The position numbers were made by a program, and so were the translations under genes. A model generated the notes under the pieces. The model saw only the letters and a program-made list of their open reading frames with translations, did no database searches and was not told the origin of the DNA. Shown here one piece after another: positions 1-11,560 of a stretch of DNA of 64,000 bases (position 1 is its first letter; the number at the start of each line of letters is the position of its first letter). Source of the stretch: Dirinaria sp. TL-2023a (lineage: Eukaryota); NCBI GenBank assembly GCA_051941275.1, contig JAVEBF010000001.1:1-64000 (forward strand). Direction: 5' to 3'.

Positions 1-428
1 ATCCTTAGTTAATCATACCTGCATTGACCAGAGCTCTGCACCGGTTCTAACAAAAATAATGTTTTTGAAAAATGTTGACGTTGATGTATTAACTAAATTG
101 AATAACAAAATAATTCGCAAAAAAGAAAAAGAAAAGAAAAAGATTAGTGAATCTCGATTCGATTTATGTATCTAATCTTTTATGTCGAGTAACGAGATGA
201 ACAACATTCATAGCATGAACACTTGAACCGAGTAACTAATGTGAAATCGTGACAGAAGGTACTATGACTATGTACGAGAATATCAGACATGAGGAGGAAA
301 GTACTATGGGTGCTGGGCAACCCATATATAGGCACTAGTGGTCTAGGTGTTGGACCCCTGGACCTCTAAGACTAGTGGTCTAGGTGTAGAGGACCCTATA
401 ACACGGTGTTGGGCCTGAACCCGTGACA
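1..428. mobile_element. Nested LTR-retrotransposon termini at the edge of a repeat island
   Basis: Three LTR-like ends on +: GGTTCTAACA ending 52, ATCGTGACA ending 254, CCCGTGACA ending 428 (TGTTAG/TGTCACG on -). Each coincides with a composition change; 53-254 is very AT-rich. 255-428 has TATATA and a 17-bp direct repeat. Confidence 0.6.
334..387. repeat. 17-bp direct repeat ACTAGTGGTCTAGGTGT x2 inside the putative LTR
   Basis: Exact copies at 334-350 and 371-387, each followed shortly by GGACCC. Confidence 0.85.
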
Positions 429-605
429 GATATTGACTTTGTATACATTGCTAACTCTAAGAAAGTGGATGCTCATCTATGACTCAAATAGTTTGAGGAG
501 ACGACTGAAGCGATCAACACAAAACACGTACAACATCTATCATATAACACTTCCAACACGCGTGAAAAAGCTATTCTAAGCTCCGTGTGACACCGTCTTA
601 CATAT

Positions 606-1678
606 TTACTGCCAAGTCTCGAGAGCAGCCTGAATAGCACTCACACAAGCCTTCTCGGAAGAATTCTTGAACAAGTCCGCCATTGCTGGCGGGTTAAGCG
701 GCTATCATTAAAATTAGTCTCTTCGCTTGACGCACTAATATAATCAGTGAAAAGGGGGGAAGGGGGACGTCAGAGCAACAAAGCAAAATTGTTTCATGGA
801 GGGATACTTACATTTAAGTAAGAGATTTGCATATTGTTGATGTACGTTATTAGTCCATTAGATCCGGTCGAGCATACCGTAGCCCAGTCCGTCCAGTTAT
901 ACCTATTATGATTAGTAGGATCATCCTCGCACCCCTCACCCCCAAACCCTCCATTAATCCTCGCCACATTCTGTGTATAGCTCTTCCAATACGCCCACGA
1001 CTGTCCATCACCCTCCACAAAAGTGCCGCTATCGTTTCCATTGGCTCCCTGGGCCATGATGCAATCGTCGTGGATCGTTACGGCGGTGATGTTAGGCGCT
1101 AGGACGTGGTGATCACGCGGATTGCGCAGCGCGACTTGCGCGACGCCCGTACTCAGCAGGCCGTCGACGATCTTCTGCTTCAGGGCTAAGGACGCAGAGG
1201 AGGAGGATGCACCGGCGTCTTTGCAGAAGGGGCCATGGTGCCATTCGCCATATTGCCCCAGAACGCCGGCCTGCACGATGGGGATGTTGATGATAGAGCT
1301 GGTGGAGTTGAGCACGCCGATCCAGTCGTTCAGGTCGCTTATGATGATATTCGCGTCGTCCGGCTCCGGGGTGATCGATCCGTCTGCTTTACCGTACCGC
1401 ATCCGTGGGATGACGGAGATGTTCTTGCCGGCGTGGTTGTTGCACATAGCCGTGAAGTCGTTCCAGAGACAGGTGTGGTCGCTGCCGTTGGGGAGGATCT
1501 GGACGTTCACGAAGAGCGTATCAGACCGATCAAGGGGCTGGTAAGCCACGTTGTAGTCATTGTTGGCGCCTTCGACAAGTTGTCTATAGGTGGTGAAACC
1601 AGAAGCTTGTACGAGCCAAGCGGATGGAAGACTGAGGAACAGATGAACGAGGAGGGTTACCAAGGAGAACATTTTCAT
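606..1678 (-). CDS. Secreted DUF4874-like putative glycoside hydrolase (~320 aa, 2 exons)
   Basis: Signal peptide MKMFSLVTLLVHLFLSLPSAW. Motifs PRMRY, VQAGVLGQYGEWH, HDDC..A...DSGTF, GGEGC and SYLN resemble DUF4874 proteins. Intron 811-702 (GTAAGT..CTAAT..TAG); exon 2 reads PLNPPAMADLF...ETWQ*, stop 606-608. Confidence 0.75.
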
Positions 1679-1765
1679 TTATCGATTTAGGATCAGATAT
1701 ATGCTGGTGGAGAAAATGGTAAAAGAAGCAAAGATCGAGAGAATGAGAGAGCGCTATATACTGCG

Positions 1766-1900
1766 TAGAAAAGAATACGAGTCATAGTTCAGCTTATTGT
1801 CAGATATTAGTAGAAAAGAACACGAGTCATAGTTTAGCTTATTGTCGGATATTAGTAGAAAAGAATACGAGCCATAGTTCTGCTGATTGTCAGATATTAG
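1766..1900. repeat. 45-bp tandem repeat x3 (TAGAAAAGAATACGAGTCATAGTTCAGCTTATTGTCAGATATTAG)
   Basis: Units at 1766-1810, 1811-1855 and 1856-1900, with about 3 substitutions between units. Abuts a TATATA box (~1755-1760) upstream of the DUF4874-like gene. Confidence 0.95.
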
Positions 1901-2486
1901 TGTAGGATGTTAGAGGCTGTACCTCGTACAGGGTAGCATGTGATTGGAGCTAATTGACATGGCTTATTGAAGCGGATCGAAGGGGGGATTCAATTACCAT
2001 CATCTTGCTGTCGACGTTCGATCAAATTAACTCCATAGCCAATGAAAACCCAGCTCAGAAGAATAGCATCGGAGACAAGAAGGTCAATAAGATACGTAGT
2101 GCCAACTACATAGTACACATCCCTGTCGTAAGCATGCATCTTATGAACCTTGCCTAGTTGCCTAGTTGCCTTGCTGCAATGAAGGGGCTGAGGATAAAGA
2201 CATTGGACAAAATGTGATACCAATGCTTTGGATAAGAGGCGTTCAGCTTTCCGAAGCAGCTTTCTTATCAGTCGTTGCAGATGCATGGCTGTGTGGCGAA
2301 TCGGAGGTGAAAATGGAGTAACGAAGAGTTGCTTGGCTTCTGCTGGCCATTCTTGCCCCCGGCCCCCGTCACGCTCCTACTCCTCTATGCCACTATCCAG
2401 CCTCGCAGCATTTGTTTGCATACTCCGTATATTTTTTTCCGACCCCGATGCATTCGTCCAAAAGGCATGCTCTGCAGTTCATCTAT

Positions 2487-3790
2487 ATGGCGTCGTCAAC
2501 CGCAAGTCTATTTACCTCCAAGTACGTGGACGCTGCGCAAACATTCGCCACGGCCACTACTCTCTCCACAGTCAGCATTGCGTTCGTAGCACTCTGATTC
2601 CAGGCAAGGGTCCGACAATCGATACGGTATGGAGCCGACGACTGGCTAATACTTGCGGGCTTGGTACGCTGCCAGGACTTATCACATCGTGCTCCCGACA
2701 GCTGATGGAGCTCCCGATATGGCTGATCGGCATGGACGCCTGCCTTATAGTGCGAGATGCGATGTTCGAAGACACTTGCTGAGCCAAGGACACAGGCGCT
2801 GCGAGAAAAGCGATGGGCAATCCTTCGCCAGAACCTCCATCAAATGCAAAAGCCGAAGGACAGCCGAAGAACTCCTCCAACTCAACCCTCTCTCTACAAT
2901 ACTCATTGGCAAGGTGTTATTGAATGATATTTTTTTGAGATCTCCGTTGACCGCTTGTGCAGCTGCAATTCGCTTTACAATTGCTTATGGTACTTTATTA
3001 TGGTCTGATTAAAATAAGCATAGCCTTTTTCTACCGAAGAATCTTCGTAGCTCACAAGCATATCTTGTTCTCGATCTCGACGACAGTCGTGAATGTGATT
3101 ATGATGCTATGCTCCTTGATCTTTGTCTTTTTCATCATCTTCCCGTGCGGAAAACACGTCGATGTAAGCTGGGGATCTCCTGGGATTTAAGCGGAGTATT
3201 GTGAGACTATTGGCCAAACCGGCGAAGAGGGTCTAGCAGGCTCTGATCTTATTCTTGATGCCGTTTTCCTCATTCTGTCTATTCCAAGCGTGAGATTATC
3301 CCCTCGCCCTCTGGTAGATATAGCAAAAGGCTGACTGGCCACAGATTTGATAGCTCCACATATCATTCGTAAGGAAAATCTAGATCACATGTATCATGAT
3401 GCTAGGATTAGCGTGAGATAATTAAGTCGTGAACGAGGGGATCCATATTTTGGACTTACAGAGCCATGGCCGCATCGATTGCCAGACTTGTTTTATATGT
3501 CCAGCTCATTCAAGCAGCTATTCACATGGAGCCAGTCGATCAAAATCGTATGTAAATCCACCTTCTATCCCTGTCCTTTGATCTGATCAATTAATCCTAA
3601 TGGAGGTTCTCACTTTGTCGATATACTGGTCCATCCTTGAAGTTGGCTTAGCCTTGATCGCCGCATGTCTACCTTCACTCAGCTCGCCATCGTCGGACCA
3701 CACTGTGATCAAAAGTGTTGGGAGCATTCTATCGTTGCACTCTAGCAAGCCTCCTCAAGACTGAACGTCCATTAGAATCTTGAACTATAT
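2487..3790 (+). pseudogene. PTH11-like (fungal rhodopsin-domain) 7TM protein pseudogene
   Basis: MASSTASLF...FVAL*FQARVRQSIRYGADDWLILAGL has TGA at 2595-2597 where the family has Arg. Continues LIKISIAFFYRRIF, FPCG..SWG, stop at 3188-3190, SDLILD..ILSIP, AASIARL, YWSILEVGLALIAACLP. Multiple stops; 3' end approximate. Confidence 0.8.
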
Positions 3791-4510
3791 GATGACCTAG
3801 AGCGTGATTGCTCGCATTCCTCCCGCGCCGGCCTTGCGAAGGCAGGAGTACATACAGCTCGAGCGCGGTATTATTTCTACGAGCTAGAGTTCGCCGAGCA
3901 GCCCGGGCGATTTGACTCCTCGATGAGATAGCGGGTGAAGGAGTTGACCCTTTCGCTTTTGGAAAAGCGAGCCGAAATATTCCGATCTTCTGGGCCATGC
4001 CGTGTATAATCGATCAGCGGAGCTCATCTCGCTGCCTTACCCTTGATTTCCTGAAGAGAGAATTGCCATGGATAGAAGAAGCTCGAATACTCGGTCGGAG
4101 TCGGGACTGAGATAGATATACTTGAGGCTTTGGAATTATTAGTTCAGTTAAGTAGTAGCACACTCTAGCCGCGCTTGAAACGAAGTATGAAAGCCTTTAC
4201 AGTGGCTACACTACGAATAATTACTTTACTAACAGACGGAAATGTATGAATGATGAATGGCCGTTGACGTATCAAATGATAGCGGCAACGAAGATAGAGA
4301 CCTTACGGCTGAGACTAGGCCAGCACCTATATGCAGGCTTAGGGATCCTGGAAGTGTGGGAGGATTGCTAAGTGGGATGACGTAGTTGCACTGGTCTCCT
4401 TTAAACCTAGGTAACCCCCCTCCAGCAGCTCCGATGGAAATAACCTTCAAAATCTGGTGCAAACTCTTAGCACGGCTCAATACTTTCTCGACTTTGTTAG
4501 CGTTGACACA

Positions 4511-5143
4511 ATGCCACTTCCAGAGACACCTTTCGCAATCGAAGGCGGTTGCAATTGTCATGCCATCCGCTACCGCATTCATGTCCCAGAAGTCTCGGCT
4601 CGGCCTCTGAATCCTACATCCCCACCGACAGAGGCGATACGTCTTCCCATGGTTGTCGTAGATCATTGCAACGACTGCCGCGCCGCCACCGCCTCTATAC
4701 TTCCCACTTGGATGTGTGTTCCCGCAGAGATGATGACAGTTTCTCTACGGCCAGCGCCACCAGTGGATCCCAGCTGTCCAAGGATCCCTATTATCGACAA
4801 TAATGGACCGTGGATCCCAGCGTTAGAAGCACTAAAAAGTGGCTCTTCATTTGCTAGAGGCTCAACTGTACAGTGGTTTCATAGTTCGCCGAAGAGAACA
4901 AGGACCTTCTGTGGACACTGCGGGACTAATTTGACCTATGCGATCTGGCCAATGGTTCAAGGATATGCGGACATCTTTGACACGTTAGTGGGAACCATGG
5001 ATAGGAGTACTTTAGAGAATAAATGGATAGAGCCGGAGAGACAGTGCTGGTGGAGCAAAGGCATCGAGTGGGTACAGGCGCTGTCAGTCAACGGCTTGAA
5101 AGCGCCGAGACATCCTTCATCGAGAGTAGATGAGTCAGTCTAG
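4511..5143 (+). CDS. GFA/Mss4-like (CENP-V/GFA) zinc-binding protein
   Basis: EGGCNCHAIRY, DHCNDCR, SSPKRTRTFCGHCGTNLTY; ATG at 4511; intronless. Confidence 0.9.
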   Translation: MPLPETPFAIEGGCNCHAIRYRIHVPEVSARPLNPTSPPTEAIRLPMVVVDHCNDCRAATASILPTWMCVPAEMMTVSLRPAPPVDPSCPRIPIIDNNGPWIPALEALKSGSSFARGSTVQWFHSSPKRTRTFCGHCGTNLTYAIWPMVQGYADIFDTLVGTMDRSTLENKWIEPERQCWWSKGIEWVQALSVNGLKAPRHPSSRVDESV

Positions 5144-5289
5144 AAGCACTCCCAAATATTTCATGTACGAGTGCCGCATGAGATTCAGGGCACATAGAAC
5201 TACCTCTTGTCCGATCTGCCTTGGAAGTGGACCCTAATAACTTCCCTTATGTCCGCAGGATATTGTCCTAATCCTATTAACATTCGCTA

Positions 5290-7845
5290 TCATGCTATCG
5301 GTATGCCAGTCATGAGTGAAGCCATGCTCTTGGGGTCTATCACGTCCTCGAGGCCAAACCAATAAGCGAAATCCTCGTTCTCAACCTTCTGATGATCTCC
5401 AACCTGGAGACGCTTGTTCTTACAAAAGACCCTTGTCTCCTTTACAGCTACATCGCCATTTTTCTGTAGATAGCCCCGCATCACCTCGCCGCAGCTCATC
5501 ACGATACGACTGACAGCTTGAGTACCGGCCCCTTTAGCCAGTCCTAATTGCGACGATGCCGCAGCAGAGCCGCGAGCGACGTGGTGGATGAGAAGGACTA
5601 GGTTACTAATGAAAGACTCGTCTGGCAAGTAGTCGTTGGTGAAGTACTGGACGAATTTATGGTGCTCCTTGGTTCGAATCAAGCGAAGCAGTTCCACGGA
5701 TCGTTTGTGCATGCCGAAATAGTTGAAGCAGACCACAAGTTCTTCTTCGTAAAGCTCTTCCTTCAAGATTGCCAACAGCTGTAGGAAACCAATGTTGTGA
5801 CTGGTGGTCCACTTGCTTTGTATAAGCTGTTGAGGGGTGCGCAATGCAGGGTCTTTGTTAGATTTACGACTGGAAGCAGGAGCAGCCTCTTTTGCCATTT
5901 TATCCGGGACCTTCTCGATGTTGGCGATACCTATGTTTCTGCTGTAGTCGTTCGAGACGTAGCGGTCTCGGAATAAATTGGTCACATTGGTGGTAGGTTC
6001 GAGCAGTCTAGCCTTTCCTTCGGCACCACGGAACGGACCTCTAACGCGAGCATCGCGGGCAAATCTTGTGGCGGACGAGATACCTGTAACCATTTCCAAG
6101 CGAGCGAGAGATTCGGCAGCATTCTTGGGTCGGGATCCAACAAATATACGGCTTTCACCGTGTATGTATATAAAGGCGTCCATGTCAGGCCAGTCGACAC
6201 TCATGTTTGGAACCTGGCTAACAAGATTGTACAGAAAAGCCAATTGTTGAACGTCGTACCACTGATTGTTTAATGCTTAACCAATTATTTGCATTCGAAG
6301 ATTGAAATGCAACATGGTCAGACCGCAAAGAAGTGGGTGCGCCGAGAAGAAAAAATGCTTTTCTGGAGCCTCATTGCGATGCTTGGCCATTCCTTTCGCT
6401 ACTTGCCGCACTTCTAGCAGAGGGTCATCCTCAGTCCAAGTCTTTACGGACGAATGGATTCGCGTAATCTCTTCGTCTCCCTCCTTCGGCCAGAACTTGG
6501 GTTTCGGATGTGTCTTCGAGAGACTCCAGAAATCCGCGATGGTCTTTTTGATCCTGATGCTGGACATGCGGAGGTCGCCAAAGGCCCCGATACGGCTGTT
6601 TCTCATAGCATGATGAATATCGAGGAAGATCTGAACCGCAAAGGATAACAAAATTGTGACCTTTTTGGTTTGGGTGAACTCGACCAGTGCACGAGTAATT
6701 TCATCTTGACAAGGTAGTTCGACATTAAACATGCCCACTACGCAGAATTCTGGAAGGAGCTCAAGCAGTATCACTTTATCCTCTTGAAATCGCTGAGAGA
6801 TGGACATGAGCTCACGGTCTGCCTTTGGATCATAAGATCCGAAATGGCCCTTCTTGTAGACAGGTAATTGATCCGGTTGAATGACAGCCGCAAACGACTC
6901 CAGAAGGATGTTGGTTGGGAGGTAGCACCAACCAGCAATCTCGTTCATGTTCTTATTGTATGGAAGGCCATCTTCTAGTGATGGTAGTTCATTCCGACCT
7001 CGTAAGGAGCTAGCGGTGCTGTACATCTTTCTTTGCAGGAGCTGATCATCCGCCTGGAGCTCCGGCCAGCTGTCAACAAGCTCTTGAATAAGTTCCCGTG
7101 CAAGTTGCAAGGCGGTATCTGTGACCACCGAAGAATTCATCAAATCTACTTTGCCATCCCGGTATTCGACCCATGTCTGCGACAGGAAAGCTCTGATATT
7201 GCGCAGGTCTTGGAACAGACAGTAGGCTTTGAAGAACAGATGGGAGAATGGAGCTTCTTCCTCATCACGCTCCTCTGCTTCGATCAATTCTACCTTCACG
7301 ATCTGCTTGGTGACTGCTGGAGCATGAACCTCATCTTCTGGTTCCTCGACGGTTAGAACAGCGAAACGATTCACCCACGCGTCGATATCGGAATCCTGTT
7401 CTTGAGAGGCGGCGGATGAGCTTCTGCACGGCTTCGTAGAAGGTTCCTTCGACTTCTTCCATTCCAATGTCTCGCAGATCTCTTCCATTACAGAGATAAA
7501 GTGAGCATGTTTCTTGTTCGATGATGAGTTCTCTTGAGTCAGAAACCAAGATGTGACATCCTTCCGAAGTTTTATGGCTCGCCGCGCAATCGCCAGAACT
7601 GGCGCCGGGACATCAATAGGAGACTCGACAATGATTCTGCTGAGGGACCGCAATTCCCCGATGGTGGTCTGGTATCTGCTTTCCGGTGGAGAACCTTCTC
7701 CACCCCTCTTGGATTTCCCAGCACCTACCGCTGGTAGTTGAGGTGTTTTGCCACACTTTCTCGCTGCATCTAGGAGCCAGGTTGCGAAACTATTGGTATC
7801 ACCTTTATATCGCTCATAGCTGCTCTTAACAAATTGTGGTACTAT
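5290..7845 (-). pseudogene. DUF6604-like protein (~850 codons) with ATA in place of the start ATG and one in-frame TAA
   Basis: One continuous frame from ATA 7845 (IVPQFVKSSYERYKGDTNSFATWL) through RAIKLRKDVTSWF..HAHFISVME. TAA at 6277-6279, after which ALNNQWYDVQQLAFLYNL continues in frame to the stop at 5290. Confidence 0.8.
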
Positions 7846-8406
7846 TTGGAACCTCGCTGGCTTTGCTCTTTCGATTTTGGGGGGATACCTTGTCGCGCGA
7901 TCGAAACTGTTATCTAGGCTGTAACACAGGCTACCAGCTTTGGGCTTCTTCGTAATGATTTCTCGAGTGCTCGGGTCTAGTGGTAGGCATCGGGATGGAG
8001 TGAGGAATCATAGGTAGGATTATCCGGGGCGACAAATGGGGCCTGTTGGGCGCTTGCAGTCAGCCTTCGTTATAAAGAGGACGACATCTCAGTATGCACA
8101 CAGACCTCGTCTCAGACAGCCTAACGGCTGACTTTGTACCAATTAATACTTCGTACACGGTATAATAGGATGTTTGGTCTCTTGACGCGTCCTCTCGGTC
8201 GATGCTCGGAAATGCCAAGACACTTCCGTTGCCCCGCGCAACCACACGTACATGTGAAATCGTCAAAGTGTAACACTCTTCTCACCTACTAAAGTACGTT
8301 GTTTTGCCAATTTGCAAAAACTCAAATCAAACATGCCTCAATTGTCTTGCGAGTTCCTATCCTGAGCTATTCCTGAGTCTTTCAATCTGGAATCCCCAAA
8401 ATAGAT

Positions 8407-9321
8407 ATGGCATCTTCCCATCCAGCTGATCCCATTGACCCATCAGCAAAACGCCCAGGCGAGCGCCTTGCCAGCTATTTTGAGAACTTCTTCAGAACAA
8501 TTACCGGCATATCAACATTGGGCGCCTCGATTACCTTTTCAAAAATTGTGCAAGCTCCCGTGACGCCCTTTCACGACTACGGCTTCGACCAACGTACCAT
8601 CCAATATCTTATCTCGCTTTCCTGGCTATTCTTCATCCTTGCACTGGCATTCACGTCGTTTTTTGCCAGCGCTTTGAGCCTTTGGCGGCCTGCAGCTGTA
8701 AAAGCATTTGGAACCACTACCGGGAAGGATAGAGTGAAGGTTTTGTGGTTTGCGACCTGGGTGTCTGCATCTCTATTCGGTCTGGAGGTGGTCGCCTTTA
8801 TAACTATCTCGTTAGTTGTAGTGGCTTACACAGGTCCAGTAGGCTGGGTGGCTGTAGGCTTCGTGATAGTCTTTGCCGTACTGGGCTTCGGTGTCATCAT
8901 CTGGAGAAGCCCAATAGCGTGGCCAGACTGGGTCAAGAGAGTCGAGAGAGGAGAGGTCGAGGCTTTCGAGAGGCATATGGGCATCTTACGACCACAGAAT
9001 GAAGAGGAAAAACTGCCAACCAATACCGAGCAAGATGAGGAGCAGCTGCCGACACTGCCAAGGCAGCGCGTAAATTATGCCGCAGCAGCTGAGAGGGATT
9101 CTGGTCGGTACGATTATGGCAGGTCGACCAGTGGCGAGTATAGAGGGCAGAGAAACGTCAGTTGGCGTAACAGCCGGCGCCCTGAAGGACCGGACTTTCG
9201 ATACAGCAGAGCAAGTACCGTGATGTCGGACGCGTATGAACCCGGTAGATTTGGTCAGGATGGAATAATATATGACGATGGTATCCGTGAGGGGCTGGTC
9301 ATGAGCAGGTACGGCCCATAA
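8407..9321 (+). CDS. Hypothetical integral membrane protein (~4 TM, charged disordered C-tail)
   Basis: 304-aa intronless ORF with four hydrophobic segments (GISTLGASITFS; LISLSWLFFILALAF; LFGLEVVAFITISLVVVAY; WVAVGFVIVFAVLGFGVIIW). Confidence 0.85.
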   Translation: MASSHPADPIDPSAKRPGERLASYFENFFRTITGISTLGASITFSKIVQAPVTPFHDYGFDQRTIQYLISLSWLFFILALAFTSFFASALSLWRPAAVKAFGTTTGKDRVKVLWFATWVSASLFGLEVVAFITISLVVVAYTGPVGWVAVGFVIVFAVLGFGVIIWRSPIAWPDWVKRVERGEVEAFERHMGILRPQNEEEKLPTNTEQDEEQLPTLPRQRVNYAAAAERDSGRYDYGRSTSGEYRGQRNVSWRNSRRPEGPDFRYSRASTVMSDAYEPGRFGQDGIIYDDGIREGLVMSRYGP

Positions 9322-9599
9322 GGAGCGTCCTACCTAGAGAAACAGGTTATCGAAGATTCAGAGCGCAATATCCTGGAAGTAATCCTCGGTCTTATGCCAT
9401 TCTCGCTCCCAAAGAACGTATCAAAGGCCCTCTTGCTACGCCGAATCGGCTCGCAGTACGAGGGATAGGCCAATTAGACGTACGACCAGCTAAGGCATTA
9501 AAAGACATGAGCAGAATTAACATGGGTCGAATGCCTGAGCCATCGAGACATGCTCCGCAAATACCCAGTTGTGAACTACAATCCTCAATCCCCTTTAAT

Positions 9600-10700
9600 A
9601 GCTAGCATATGACAAGAAGCCTCGTCTTCTTTACCGATTCGAGAGTAGAAGTCCAGGTGGGGGTCAAATGTTTGATCCTCGTTAGCTTATACGGCTTCGT
9701 TGGTCAAACGACTCATCTATTCTTTACTGGAGCCATCTATAAATAATTTCGGTGTCGAATCTACTTCCGACAACAGCCGTCGAGAGCTTTTGATTACCTC
9801 TACTCTTATCTTATCTTCGATACAAAGTTCCTCTAGTGCCGGACATGAATGTGTAAACGTTGATGCGACTTTTTCTTCGTCGGCCGATCATTCGGCATTA
9901 GTATCCGCCAATATCATCCAGAAGTTCGAAGATTGTTTTGCAGAACCACCAAACCTTGTGTTGTGACAACCAAAGCGCAGCTCGTCAATTCTGGCCATAT
10001 CAGGATTTTTCAGGTGATCGAAGCGCCTCAATGACGATACCCGTTCGGACAAAAGTCACTGGAGCCTTTAGAATCTGGCTATGGCCAAACTTTAGCCAGC
10101 TTTCAAAGACCTAGAAACGCGGTCAACGCAATATCCAGCTTAGCACAGTCCAACCCCGGTGTAAGCCCAGTATAGACCTTGGACCGAGTTTTAGTTTGTC
10201 TGAAACCAGCATGTTTTTGGCGCTTAGAAGGGTGGTTCCATTCGCGCACATGTGCATGGCGAAACCATTATCGGTACTTTCAGGTGAAAGAATATTCTTT
10301 ACGGCTGAATGCCTTCCTGCCTCCTTTAGCTTTGAAAAACACTCAAGGCAAGCTATCCAAGCGGCGGCATCGCATAAGGATAGCTACGCAGTACAACTTC
10401 GCTGACGAACTACGATTTCAACTGGCTGTGAATTTTGGAATGTTCTCGAGCACCCAGGTTGTGACTTCCACTAGCGTATTATTTGAGTGTACTCCGTATG
10501 CAGTCTGCAACCATCTGGCGTGGTGCCCATGCACCAAAAAAGGACACCATATAACCGCACAGGAAAGCAGTCTTGAGTCCGCCCTATTCGAAACAGTGAC
10601 GCAGATATTATAATGATCATGGAAATTCATTGAGAGTCCGGGCATTTTCGTCTCCCACTTTCTACTCATGACCAGCAGGTGGTTCTTGGATTTATGGACG
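9600..10700 (-). pseudogene. Possible degraded gene remnant (F-box/RNI-like fragments)
   Basis: Protein-like minus-strand stretches broken by stops, e.g. FDHLKNPDMARIDELRF and FTHSCPALEELCIEDKIRV. Boundaries uncertain. Confidence 0.3.
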
Positions 10701-11560
10701 AATATGATGTAATATATCGCATAGCATAAAGTTGCAAGGATCGACCTATCAAAGCTGTGGACGAACGGAGCCGAGGCATGGTGAGCTTAATGCCCTAATC
10801 ACGCGCACAAACTCTGTGGCGAACAGTACGACGAATCTATAACGCCAAATGGTGACTCGGAAAATATCCCTGTCCGAGACTCTAGCACAGGTTAACCGTA
10901 GGTCCCCTACTAGATGAACCGGATGCCATCTAGGACGCGGTAAAAATGATCCTGCTATTTCGCCTAACCTTAATCAATCTACCGTCTGCTTTCAAGCAAA
11001 ATCGGCCACAGCCGCCATCGCGGTGCTTCTAAAAACATGAAACATTATATTCGAAAGCAGACACAAATATTATAGCGGCTGTCAAAATTCTTAATATCAT
11101 TTCCCATGTCATCAGGCCCTTTCTACATTATTGAATCAATAGTGGAAACCATGTGCGGGGTACTCTGCGAATTTGACGCAAGACATAATCTTTCCGCCCT
11201 GGCAGTAGTACCATCGACCAATGCAGGCTGTTTATCCGCAATTTCTAAGCTCACCAAGGCTGTGCGACTCGGCTTTCCAGGCGGCACTTTGCACGACACG
11301 CGTGCCTGCAGGCACAGACCTATTTCTGAACCTGCCGTGCGTAAGCACGTGGCAGGCCGGCCAGTAGAATGCGGACGGTTCTAGAATTACCACTGGTGCA
11401 TTGGGAAAATTCGCCTAAGGTTTCAACACGAGCAATGGACGGCAGAAACAAAAGTCATAAAATCTGCGGAGCCTCCAGTCTCATGGGTCTCTTTCTCCAA
11501 GCTTCGCTATCGAGGAGCAATCTTCCAGCTTAATACAACCTTTCCTGCCAATTCATCGAC

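Noticed and set aside
1766..1900. CRISPR-like array
   Set aside because: Units are contiguous with no unique spacers, the DNA is eukaryotic and there are no cas genes.
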